Of a stretch of 42,861 nt of DNA, positions 22,701-34,645 are shown piece by piece; position 1 is the first letter of the stretch; every line of letters begins with the position of its first letter. The position numbers and the translations under genes are program-made. The stretch covers positions 1 to 42,861 of the forward strand of contig LPNZ01004383.1 of assembly GCA_001655205.1 (NCBI GenBank), in the 5' to 3' direction. This DNA comes from Lenisia limosa (taxonomy: Eukaryota; Protista; Breviatea). The notes beneath the pieces are model-generated. The model was not told the DNA's origin, searched no databases, and saw only the letters and a list, made by a program, of their open reading frames with translations.

Positions 22701-25620
22701 TCAATTCTTACTCTTGGCAAAGGACTGAACAAGGTGTAAAGTTGCCAATCTGGGGTAGTGGAAAAAAGGGAGGGGCTCAGATGATTTGAGGTGACTGGTA
22801 TCAGCACTCTTTGATAACACAATATACTAGAATATCATTGAATAAGTGGACAAACCAGAGGGAAGAGAAAAGCAAACAGCCCTCCAAAAATGAAAGCGTT
22901 TGGAAACAGAAAGCTAATCACACCAAGTGGCAAGCCTAAGACATTAAGAAGACTAAGATAATTACCAACCAAATCCGCAATAGTAGCCCCATTTGGTTTC
23001 GATTTCACGCAGCTGGGATTCATGCACAATCCCTTTATGAGCCCAGATGTACCTGTGTTTGTTAATGTGTTTAAAAGGAAGCTCTACTGATCCATTTGAT
23101 ATCGACATATAGTAATATACTATATGATATGATATTATACATGTACAATTTCCTGAATTTTTTTCAATAATTTAAGTAGCTACTCAAGAGGAAGTACAAA
23201 AAAAATTTCGTAAATTTCCATAAATTTTTGGAACCCGAATGCGAACTTTAAAATTGTGACGCAAATGTTAGGATTCGAGTACCCAAACGGTCCTTCAGAT
23301 CTCCGGAATTCCGAATTTTTTTTTCTGAAATTCCGACTTCAGCTTTTTCCACACTATTTTTCAATTGTTATTTGTTTAATTTTCTTATTTTACCTTAAAA
23401 TGTGGACATTATCGCATTATCTTGGTTATATTTGAAGGCTTCAAAATATACTTGAAATAACTGCAAATTTTAAAGAAATAACCTCGGAATTTTTTTCCAA
23501 AATTCCGCTAAAGTGCCCAAATCCTCCTCGGCCCAAATTCCGGGCTAGGAATCTGGTCTGGTTCTAATGATATCAATCCAAAATCTCCAATAAACGTGAT
23601 GGTGTGGACGACTTCGGCCAGATACCACCTTGTTTATTTTTCATCTCTGCAATTTACAGAAAAACAGTCACTTTGTTTTTTACATTTAACATCCACTTTC
23701 TTGGTTCCATTCCAAGTTTTTGAAAGTAACACAATATCGATATGTATTACGGCAAATGGTTGGGTGAATTATTATTATATATACTAAATCCGATGGCCTG
23801 TAAGGCGAGTGACCTGGCCTCCGCCGTGGTGTTCTCCAATTTGCTTTTTTGCAAATTTTTGCATTTATTACAAAAGGGTTGTGTAGTATTATCATCAATT
23901 AAGCATATCATATGCATAAGATCATCGTTTTGTGACATTTTACCCAAAAATGGCAAAGCGAAAAAATCATGAAAAATTGAAGGTACCATTAATTGATACT
24001 TCCTGTGAACTGTACTACTGTGAAAAACATTATTGTCTTGTTTTGTGAAGGTAGATTACAACAAAAAAGCTATCTAAGGAAAACTGGAAATTTGGTAATA
24101 TTCTGATTAAAAAACACATTCATGTTTTGTGCCCCACTCACTCAAACGAATATAGGGAGTAGATCCAGGAGGAAAGGAGAATAGCTAAGTACGGGCCAAC
24201 TTGAGGAAACAGAGAAACAATAAATAACTACAAAAGTCGGGTCAGAAAACATGAATTATAAAGCTGGAAACGAAGCGGATTAATGTACTGCTTAAATTCA
24301 ATACTCCCTCTCATCCTTCGATGACTCTAATCCAATACCAACACCACCCTGTTTGAAGAATGGAAGGGGTGTGTTGGGAGGTGAGTGAGGTCTGTGCAAT
24401 ATACCTAAATATACACCACACACTCTAATATTATTGCAAAAATCCAACCCCTTCACCTGGATTAAATAAAACACGACAAAAACAGCTCGATAAATCTCCT
24501 GAGCTATTCGCTGGACAATTCTAGAGGGCATAAAGGAAGATATTGATAGTCATTTGATTAATGACGAAAAGGAGCTCACTTATTGAGGAAACTGCTTGAT
24601 GAAGTTCGCCTCTGCTCAGTTGCCAAGTATATTGTCGCAATTTCATCATACCTAACAGATAATCACAATATGGAAGATACTGAGTCCAAAATATTTACTT
24701 CATCCCATCATTCCTATTTGTTGGAAAAAAAAGCTCCTCCAAAGGTGTTTTAAAGTAAGCTATAAGGAAGACTTGATGTCTGCTATAATCTGACTGGACT
24801 GTATACCATATACCCTAATCATATAATGTACGTTTGATCCTACATACCAAACAGTGTTGAGAAGGAAAGAGAGAAGGTAGAGAGGCAATACCCAAAGAAG
24901 CTGAACGGGTAAAACACCTCGCAACACACCAGGTAAAACACCTTGCAACACACCAGGAGCCCGTAACATTTCAATACTTAGCTGTATTTAGCTCATTGTG
25001 TACTTAGCAAAATATTTAAGCTAAGTACATTTTTTGTACATAGCTAAATCCTGCTCGGGAGGTGGATTTAGTTTAATACTTTTTTTTTCTTCATCTAAGA
25101 GGCTTTTACCTCTCTTTATCTCTTAATACAAAACTTAAATATGGTACGTAATGTTTTAAAATAGCGTCAGGCTTGTATTTAGCTCCAAAACACCCAAAAA
25201 TAGCTAAGTACAAAATGAGCTAAATACAGCTAAGTGCTGAAATGTTACGGGCTCCATGTAAAACTCCTCCCAACACACCAGGTAAAACAGCGATAAGATG
25301 GTAGACAGAAGCGGGGTGATCTTCTCACTGGATAGCGACGATAGGAAGGGGAGAATCAAGGCGTGAAAGATGACGTAGGAGCCAAGAAAGAGGATTCTGA
25401 AAGGTGAGCTACCACCAACACATGCAGATTAAATGTCAAAGTAGTCATTATTATTTATTGAAGCATATCCCCCTCCCAGTACATGCACTCACCCGTTCAA
25501 GAAAAAGCACTTAAAACACAGGATCCGCAGGGACTTGTCGTAGTATAGGGCCTTAATGAAGTGGTCTATCCTGAAGGCGTCCATCACCCCATGCATCAGC
25601 CCGCTGAGCTGGCCCGACAT
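22701..25620 (-). CDS. EI24: Etoposide-induced protein 2.4 (EI24/EPG4) homologue, a multi-pass ER membrane protein
   Basis: Spliced translation gives CFKCFFLNGILFLGSY, LWVLPLYLLSFLLNTVWYDEIA, IAQEIYR, SWIYSLYSFEYIWAHKG and IETKWGYYCGFGLPL...GGLFAFLFPL, which is colinear with EI24 family motifs. Confidence 0.88.
23747..23790 (-). repeat. Dispersed repeat, copy C (partial), in the 1.09-kb EI24 intron
   Basis: GGATTTAGTATATATAATAATAATTCACCCAACCATTTGCCGTAA resembles copy B (GGATTATAGTATATATACTATTAATTCACCCAATCATTTGCCTTAC). Confidence 0.65.
24908..25288. repeat. 24-bp tandem repeat (GGTAAAACACCTYGCAACACACCA; about 3 units plus a partial) interrupted by a MITE and spanning an EI24 splice donor
   Basis: Units at 24908 and 24932, resuming after 25254, with the last partial copy lying in the exon end. 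Confidence 0.8.
24957..25254. mobile_element. 298-bp MITE with 52-bp terminal inverted repeats, possibly PIF/Harbinger-like
   Basis: 24957-25008 matches the reverse complement of 25203-25254 at 49/52 positions. Termini are GAGCCC...GGGCTC, and the flanks CAG/CAT are consistent with a 3-bp target-site duplication carrying one change. Confidence 0.85.
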
Positions 25621-26250
25621 TATTGGGGGGGGGGGGGTCGTTCTTGTTATTGCAGCAGTTCTTCAATTTTTTTCTTCACAAAACCAACAACACCCCGTTT
25701 TTTACAAGTTTACAATACCGAGAAATACGGAAATACGAAATACCACCAATAATAGGGGGGGGGGGGNNNNNNNNNNNNNNNNNNNNNNNNNNNNNNNNNN
25801 NNNNNNNNNNNNNNNNNNNNNNNNNNNNNNNNNNNNNNNNNNNNNNNNNNNNNNNNNNNNNNNNNNNNNNNNNNNNNNNNNNNTTTTTGTGGAGTGCCAA
25901 TGATTCTGATTTTCTTATTAGGTTTAATCTGGCAGATAAGTCCGAATGCGTTGTTTAAAAGTTCTAATATTACTAAACCTAAGAGTTTATTAGGTTTGGG
26001 GAGATTGGAATTGGATGAGAGAAGGCAATCAAAGAAAGGCAATTGTGGGAACAGCTGCATTGAACATCATAATAAAACTAGCGGCGTCTGGCACGGGTCC
26101 AACCGTCGGCATCGGGTTGGGCCTTCTCCCTAAAAAATAACGGTCGCTTTGAAGGCATTTTTAAAGAGGTAAACATGGTATAAACTACAGGCTAGACAGG
26201 GGTTTAGTTCGTATCATGCAATATGGGGACGAATCAATACAGCAAGCGGC

Positions 26251-29200
26251 CTACTTCTGGGGCTTCTTCTTGGCGGGGGCAGCGGCAGCCTGTGGTTGGG
26301 CCTGTCCTTCCTTGCGCCATTCTCTGTCACCACCTGTGACTGTTACGCCACCCAAAAGCCTCAAGAAAAAGCCTCAAGCCATTGACCCATTAAGGATCAT
26401 GTTCAAAAGATGATGTTTTTCAAAAGATCATGGCCTCAAACCTTCGCGACGAGGGGCAGCGTCTTGCTCGGAGGCACCGCGACGAGCCCATGGCCTGGAG
26501 GGACGCTCTTGGCGTTCCTAGGGGGGGGGGGGGGNNNNNNNNNNNNNNNNNNNNNNNNNNNNNNNNNNNNNNNNNNNNNNNNNNNNNNNNNNNNNNNNNN
26601 NNNNNNNNNNNNNNNNNNNNNNNNNNNNNNGATTCAAAGAGAATTAAGTTTGGCTCACGTTTGATTGGGGAGCGGAGGTCTGCTCGGAGGCACCACGACG
26701 AGCCCATGGGCGGTCCATTGAACCTTCCTAATGGGGTAAGTCAAGCAAGGATGATCAAATCATATCTTTCCTAATGGGGAAGTTTACCAAGGCAGCTGCA
26801 ATTAAAGCCGCCTACAGTCTGACTGGGGCGAGGCTCCTCACGCTCAGCAGCGGGTGATTCTACCAAGTTAGAGAATCACAATCACAAAACCAGGGTCGAA
26901 AAGACGGGAAAAGTTGAGACGAAAAAAACGCCCAAATACTCTCAGCGACAGGCTTACGAGCCCATGGACGGGCGGCGGGAGAGGCCTCCCCGGAGGCCTC
27001 CTCAGCAGGGGTGCCAGCAGGTGACGCGGCGGGCTTACGAGCCCAGGGCTTAGCACCGCCCTCAGATGGGGAGGGAGTGGCCTCCGCGGCGGGGCTTGCT
27101 GCTGGGTAAAAAGAGCCAAAATGGAAATGAGGTTAACAAATGCTACATATAGGTCTTCACTTCGGTTCAAAAAAAGACTGAGTTTCTCGATAAGTCCTCA
27201 AAATATCGACATTTTAAAGGTCTTTTTCGAACCGAAGTGAAGCTCTAGCTGCATACCCTCAGCAGCAGGCTTGCGGGCCCATGGACGGGCGGCGGGAGCA
27301 GCCTCGGCCTCGGCAACGGGTGATGCTGGGGGGTGAGCGAACAAGCAATGGGAGAATGCCAAGAGGACAATGCTATACCTTGGGTCTCGACAGGAGCAGG
27401 CTTGCGGGCCCATGGACGAGCAGCAGCGGCAGCAGGGGCGGCAGCGGGGGCGGCTTCAGCAGCTGGTTCTACGATGTAATTGTTGGTACTTTAGGCGGTG
27501 ATAATAAGGAAAGGCATGGACAAAGAACCGGAGCAATATTAATAAACACTCACCAGCAGCGGGTGCGGCAGCACGGGCACCACGTGACCAGGGGCGGGCA
27601 GCAGGAGAGGCTGCAGCAACAGGGCTAGCTGTGGCAAATTAGGCAATGTCGTGGGTGGATAGAAAATCAACAAGAGGGCAATTCTCAACACCGCAGTGGG
27701 CATACCCTCCTCAGTCTTGGCGGCGGCTCCACGTGACCAGGGGCGGTCGGACTGTTAAGTAAGTAAAGACAGGACCACGGTGAGAAACAAAGACTGGTGA
27801 AATATTGATGATCTGTCTAAGCCTCGTTTTTTGGGAACAAAGAGAAGCCCAACACCACACACAGAGGCAGGAGAGGCAGCGGCAGGGCTGGAAGTGGCAG
27901 ACCAGTTACGCTCACTGGAGTTGGGAGCTGAAGAGGTGAGATCCAGGTATGGCCATGAAAACATCAACTTGGTACTGCCGCCCACCCCATGGTCTGGCAC
28001 TTCCGGTTCCAGCGTTGGCTACACGTTCATCACGCTGACGCTTACGGACCTAAAATATCAACACCAATGTTGCAACTCGATATGGCTTTGCCACTATTCC
28101 TGGTCCCACCTCAACCTCCTCGCGGCGAGCCTGAGCCTCCTCACGACGCTTCTCACGGGCAATCTGAATTGTCAATCAAAGTATATTGAAACAAAAATGA
28201 ACTTGGGCGACACCATACCCGAGCCTTCTCGCGCATGGCGTCACGGGTCTTGGTACGCTTGGCGGTGGCGGCGGCAACAGACTTCTCCTGCTCCTCCTTG
28301 AGGTCCTCCATGAAGTTGTCGTAGTCTTCGGAGATCTCAACGGCACGGGCCTTGCGCTCGACAGCTTCCTTCCATCTGGGGGATCAGAGAGGCAAAGGGC
28401 ATGAATCATCAGCCAAGCGCCCACTGTTTCTTGTGATTTTCGAGGAAAGCGGCACGCTGTTGTTCAAAGAAGACCTTGTCCTCCTCGCGTTGCTTGGAGT
28501 GGAGAACCTAAACAGTCAAAGGAACAAAGAAAGCTAATCTACAAACCTTCATGACAGGAATCTCAACCTCACGGCAGGCACGAATGAAGAAGTCTTGACG
28601 CTGTGTTATCAAAAAATGACGGCAACAACGCACAACCAAAGGCTAAGACAACGACACCAACCTTGGCCATATTGCGGATACGCTTGACGACAAGATCTCT
28701 CTTTGACTGCATGGTCTCAACCTAGATAGAATGACTGACGGAATGGGGTGGTGTCAAGAGGCGAGGCAGCAGGCAGAGGAGCAAAACAAGCAAGCTAGAA
28801 AAGACGGAGCAGCGAACCTGCTGTCTGCTCTTCTCAATATCCTGGGTGATCTCAGCCTTGGCCTTATCGGACTTCTGCTGCTCACGAGCAAGACGGTCGG
28901 CCTCGCGTTGACGAGCCTCAAGGGCAAGACGCTCCTGGGGGGGGGGGGGTAAAATNNNNNNNNNNNNNNNNNNNNNNNNNNNNNNNNNNNNNNNNNNNNN
29001 NNNNNNNNNNNNNNNNNNNNNNNNNNNNNNNNNNNNNNNNNNNNNNNNNNNNGTTGGTTGGCATACTAGGTTTGAGAACAACAAAACAAAGCCCAGCCAG
29101 TCACTTCTGCAGCACCAACATACGTGACTCCTTATTCGAATAGATGAACAAACCTTCTCGGCGTTCTCACGAGCCTCCTGAGCAAGCTTCTCGTTGCGCT

Positions 29201-32200
29201 TCTCAATCTCAAGAGCATCCTGAAACGTAAGATCAAGCGACAGAGAGTGGAAGTCCCACCTTCTCCATCTGCTCAGCCTTCTCCTTGCGGCGCTCAATCG
29301 TGGACTTGCGGCCAAGAATGCGCACGTGCTCCTCACTCAGAGTAGAGGCCCACTGTGTGGTCAGCCAAATCTGAATGACACCCCAAATATCACACTGATA
29401 TTTTGCNNNNNNNNNNNNNNNNNNNNNNNNNNNNNNNNNNNNNNNNNNNNNNNNNNNNNNNNNNNNNNNNNNNNNNNNNNNNNNNNNNNNNNNNNNNNNG
29501 CGCTGATGGCAGGCTTCAGCATGGTCTCAACCTGCGGGGTAAGATTGCTCCTGGAAGGCGGCAGCGTACCTTCGAGAGCTTGGTAGCCAGCTTGCTGAGC
29601 TGGTGGCGAAGAGTGGTGCTCTCAAGTGCGTGGGAGGCAAAGCTGAGGGATCAGGGAGGGAGTGGAGGAAAGTGGACACGCACCGGATGACGCGGAGTTG
29701 GTGGTCCATTCTGAGGCTGAAGAGGCGTTGACGCGCTCCACAGAGGATTCCGTCTTCGATCTCAGACTAAAACGTCAACCCTTTCCCACCTCCTGAAGAA
29801 AGACAAAAAATTAGCCAGACAAATGCCACCCACGAAAGAAAGAGGCTGAGCCAGCTGCTCGAGACGATCGAAGGTGACAGTGGAGTACACGCGGGAAAGG
29901 TCACGGAGGAGTTTGGAGAGGAACACTGAGCGAAGATGAGAGCGGTAGCGTCTAGAGTGTTAGGAGGCACGGAGTCCGTCGTTGCCAACTTGAGGCTTTC
30001 GTTTTGCTCAATAAAGGCGAGGGCAGGGGCCACGCGGGCGGAAAGGTTGAGGGGGTCAAACTCGTCCTCGATGCCTACACGGTTAGAGAAGTGACAAAGG
30101 TAAGACCACAAACCGTAGAGAAGAGGCAGAATCTCGGGGTGACACATCTCGGGGATACCACGACTGATCTGAAGAGTCAGTTTAGCAACAAAAAAGCTCT
30201 TGAAAACTGGGTAGCCTCGCCCACGAGTTCAGTGATGAGGCTCTGGCGGGTGGGGATCTGAGAGCAGTTCAGGAGTGACGCGAGACGGTTCTTGCCCTAA
30301 AGAGTCAAATTGTTTCGATTGCAGCCTTCATGCAGCAGCGTGGCAGACCTGGGCGGTGTGAAGAGCGTAGAACTCATCGCCATCAGACTCCTCGTGGGGT
30401 GCTGACAGAGCAGACAGAAGGAGGCAAGACGCCATGTCCTGAGGTTGGTGAGAACTTTAAGGGTTCTAATAACGGAAAAATAATAATAAATAAAGAATCA
30501 TCATATTCATAACATTTAGATCTCCTGTGGATCCAATAGAGGAGCTTACGCGGATGTTGTTTTCGGTGAGCTTCTTGTTGTGGGCCTTCGCGAGGGTGAA
30601 ATATCTGAATAATCAGAATGCACCATGGATTCGGAAGGACAATTCTTCAAACCCAATCCTGTTACCTGAGCCAAGCAACGGAGTGGAAAAGAATGTTGTT
30701 GGACATGAAGAAGATCTCGACAAGCTTCTGGTAGTAGATACCCATGAGGTGTGTCTGAGGGCTGCGGTGGGCGATGGTAGACAGAGAATGGATATCCTTA
30801 AATGTCAGGTTTATACTTCGGAGGTGGGTTTATATCTGTCATTAGTTCAAAAAAAAAAAAAAAAATCTTGTGACGTTATTTCCCAAAACTTCTGAAACTA
30901 TTTGATATAATATGTTGAAATGAGTAATAAAAAGGGTAACTCTATTTCCGTCTTTTTATTTCTTATCATGTTGTCGAATAATTGAGCCGACCTCGATTGT
31001 CCTGAAGCCTTCAAGCCACTGCTTAAGCTCAGCGGCAGCGCTCAGTTGGGCAAAGCGAGTCTCAATGTAGTTCTGCAATCATAAGAACAGTGAACAAACA
31101 CGGGGGTATAAAGCAACAGCCGAAAGAAGCCGACCTGAAGGGAGACGGGATTCTGAAGATCCACAGCGCTCTGTTGGATGGTGTACTTCTTGAGTGACTC
31201 AAGATGGTATCTGATGAGATCGCAAAGACGACGGAACTCAGTTGGGCGTTGGTACTTAATGCAGAACTGATAGGCGGCAATGGCGGTACGCTGAACGGTG
31301 AGATGCTTCCTTGTCCACCGATAACAAAACCGCCGCCAAGATATGGGCAAACCTTGTAGAGATGCTCGACCTTTGAGTTGTTTCTGAAGGTCTCGAGCAC
31401 GGTTCTGTATACCTCCCAGAGGAACTTAAGCCATGGCATCAGGAGGAGGCGGCCAGCACGCTCGTTGCTGTTGCGTGAGTGCCATCCGAGAGATACATTG
31501 TCGAAAGAGAACCCACCTGTCTTCGCCTGAAACGAGAGTGACGAGGTCCTCGACGTCGTCTTCCTTGTCGAGATCATCGCCAGCCTGGATGTCACCATCG
31601 CCGAGGGCCTTCGCTTCTTCCCAGGCCTCGGCCGTGCGGTTCTCGGCTGACTGGGGGCGGGGTAAAACGGAAGAAACTTCGAGCCCGCAACGAACTATCT
31701 GAAACTCCAAAAAACTACAACAACAATAAAAAAACAAGTAATAACATGAGCAACACGCGTTCAACCTAGAAAAAGATGACACAAACACTGGCTAAAGTGG
31801 AATATGTATAAAGAGAGAACCGAGAGAACATGCTGCTACCCCGAAGCCTACTTCGACTAAATATGCAGCAGCCTTGTCAAGGACTTCAATCTGATTACTG
31901 TTTTGGCACACAACTTTAAAGTGGTGGAGAGCCTCCTTCATTAACTTCACCTTCTTCTGCTCGACAACAAGGTCAGTGTATCTGCATTATTATTCCTCAA
32001 TGCTAAGACATCCTAGAAATAAAAAAAATGGGACTATAGCGCTTTCAAGTGGTTTATAACACATGAGATCATACAACTCACCACCACCCTTCCCTAAACT
32101 TGCTTACTTGTCAAAGACTTCTCCCAAAACAGGGGTGAAGTTGCGGATCTTCCTGTTTGTGAGAACTTCATGAAGAACATTCACCGCTTCGGCATCCTGA

Positions 32201-32330
32201 TTCACTTCAAGTAAATCTACAATAATAAGCTTGGCTATAGTCGGATCTAGCAACCTTCTGAGCGCTTCAGAGCATTTTCAGGCTTGGCAAAGGGCTGCCT
32301 TTGTTGACCACCACGAAATCCCCTATTCAT
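26251..32330 (-). CDS. EIF3A: Eukaryotic translation initiation factor 3 subunit A
   Basis: The N-terminus has [12 protein letters not shown], followed by [52 protein letters not shown] and [18 protein letters not shown] coiled-coil and a repetitive C-terminal tail end at KKKPQK*. Several N-gaps fall inside the gene. Confidence 0.95.
27152..27245 (-). mobile_element. ~95-bp MITE family, copy 1 (eIF3a intron; inverted relative to copies 2 and 3)
   Basis: TIR core CTTCACTTCGGTTC/GAACCGAAGTGAAG with TA flanks. The internal sequence is homologous to 36568-36663. Confidence 0.85.
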
Positions 32331-32466
32331 GATCGATCGGTGGAAAAGAGGACGATTTTGCCAAAAAATGTCAATAAAAAGGAGGTTATGTCTAATTTCG
32401 TAACTCTTTAAACAGAAAAATCCGAAAAAAATGATCCTTTTTTGAGATTTGCAACTGTAGTACACG
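32331..32466. promoter_or_regulatory. Putative 136-bp bidirectional promoter region between eIF3a and Sas10
   Basis: Divergent ATGs are 136 bp apart. Inferred from geometry only. Confidence 0.45.
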
Positions 32467-34422
32467 ATGGTTCAAATGAGAGCGCGTGTTAAAAAGAAGG
32501 AAACCATCGAGGAGATGGAAAGAGAGTTGGAGCAGGACAAGTCATGGAAGAAAGAAGAGTTCCATGGAGCTGATGATGAGCCTGAAGATGAAAGTCTAGA
32601 GATGGAGGAGGAGGAAGGCATTCACACCCTTTCAGCGAAGTATGAGCACCATATTCTCTTGGCCAAAGCCCCCCCTTCCCTTCTAATCGTTTTGTAGATT
32701 GAGTCAACTTGAAGCTATTGACTTTGACCCACGCTGGGGCGCTTCGTCATTCCTCCAGTCGCTCAAAGTACTGAGGGTTACATCATGACCTTGTGATTTT
32801 CTCCTTAGATGCGTTTAGAGTGTCAGTTTATTTGCTTGTTACAAAATAGCTTCAGTTTTATTTTGTTTTATTGTTTATCACCATCATTGATTTTTCCTTC
32901 TTCAGAACACCAAGAATGTCACAGTTGACGACGGTTTCTTTGAAGAAGATCATGTTGTTTTGGATCCAGTTGGGGGGGGGGTAGTCTTTTATTGGGATGG
33001 CTTTTGAGATATTGTATAATTAATCACAGTTTTCAAAATATGTACGCTAACATGTGTAGAAAGCTACTTGGAAGGAGGTGAGTTACACATACCCTGATTC
33101 AGCGTTCCTGGCAAACCAGCTTTTTGATGCTGAACAGGATGTTAAAGATGATACCAAGTAGGAGGGGTTAAATGAATCTGTTCTTATCGAAGGACTTGAA
33201 TGTGTTAAGAATGTGTGTTCACAGTTTGTAATCCAGCCTTGAAGAGTTGAAGTCAATAGACTGACCTGTAGGAGCCAGGCTAAACTGCCTCGCCTTGCCT
33301 CCCTCGGACGCCTGGCATCCGTCCTCGCTGGCCTCAACTACACCATGCAAAGAGTAGGCTTCTGGGATCTTCTGGCCGGCAATAGTCAAAGCAATGCCAT
33401 ATTCCTTGGTTTTGGTCAAGGGGTCTTGGATGTCATGAGCAGAGAATATTGAACCTTTTGCCGTTTGATTAGTTACTTTTCTGAATATAACGCTGCAGTC
33501 CATGGCATCAGATTCATGGTTGAATTTGGACTCTTTTGATACTTTTGCGGACTTTGGTGACACCCATACGAAACTGAAGGAAATGGAGTCTGCACAAAAG
33601 GATGAGCCCTCAACCAAGGCTTCTAAGGTAAATCCCTAAGATATAGGCTTAGGATAAGACTTGTTGTTTCTGTGATCCCTCGTGTATTTCCTTGACAAAT
33701 TCAGACGAAGAAAGAAAAGACGAAGAAGGAGAAGAAGGAGAAGGAGAAGAAGGAGTCAAAGGAAGAACTTACCGAGGAGATTGTAGCACCGGTTATGGAG
33801 AAGAGGGACAAGAAGGATAAAACAGAAAAGAAAACCAAATTTGGAGGGTATGAATTACTTAGTAACCTCACTATAATTGGGTTAATTAATATAATAATGT
33901 AATCCAATATATTATAAGCATGACCAGATTCTCCCTTGTTTTATTTCTCATTTCAACATTTATATCCTTTTGTGAATTCCAATAATAGGATCTTAAATGT
34001 AAAATATTGTTTTCCTTCTAACACTCTAGTGCTAAGATGGAGTTGACACATGATGGACAAGAAAAATCAGCCATCCCATACCATATTAAGAAGAACCGTG
34101 GACTTGTGAAGAAGAGGAAAAAGGTGTGATTCCTTCCATATTCCAGTTAAACTTGTTTTGTGTACATGAGACCCTGTGACCTTTTTAGGAGACGAGAAAT
34201 GCCCGTATCCATTACAAGAACATGTACCAAGACAAGCTCAAGAGAAGAAAGGTGAGAGCCATCCTGCTTTGTTATGGGCCGCGTTCTTTTGTTTCAGCAT
34301 TCACATATTTCCAGGGCCAAGTCAAGGACTTCGATGTATCGCTTCGCAACCGCGAGTACGGCGGAGAATACGCTGGTATCAACGTCAGAAGCGTCAAGGC
34401 TGCCAATTTGGCCAATTTCTAG
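32467..34422 (+). CDS. UTP3: Sas10/Utp3 small-subunit processome component
   Basis: C-terminal Sas10 domain: AIPYHIKKNRGLVKKRKKETRNARIHYKNMYQDKLKRRKGQVK...YGGEYAGINVRSVK. The N-terminal part is acidic and Lys-rich, and the middle exons are tentative. Confidence 0.88.
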
Positions 34423-34645
34423 AAGCTACCGCTGTGACTATGTTTTCTTATGTTTCTTTCCATCTATTAGTTGTTTCCCCATGGTCTATTCAATTTTAAG
34501 TTCTATTGTCCATTTTTGCGGTTCATCAATCAACACTGCCTCCGTAACCCATCCTATATAAATAATTTGAACGAAGACGACTAGTGTACAGATCCATTAC
34601 CATATTTAGAATACACGTTACCGTTGACAACAATTGACTCCAGGT

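Noticed and set aside
23215-23290. Sm-site-like AATTTTTGG and B-box-like GGATTCGAGTACC as an snRNA or tRNA gene
   Set aside because: There is no cloverleaf, no A-box, and no recognisable U1/U2/U4/U5/U6 sequence.
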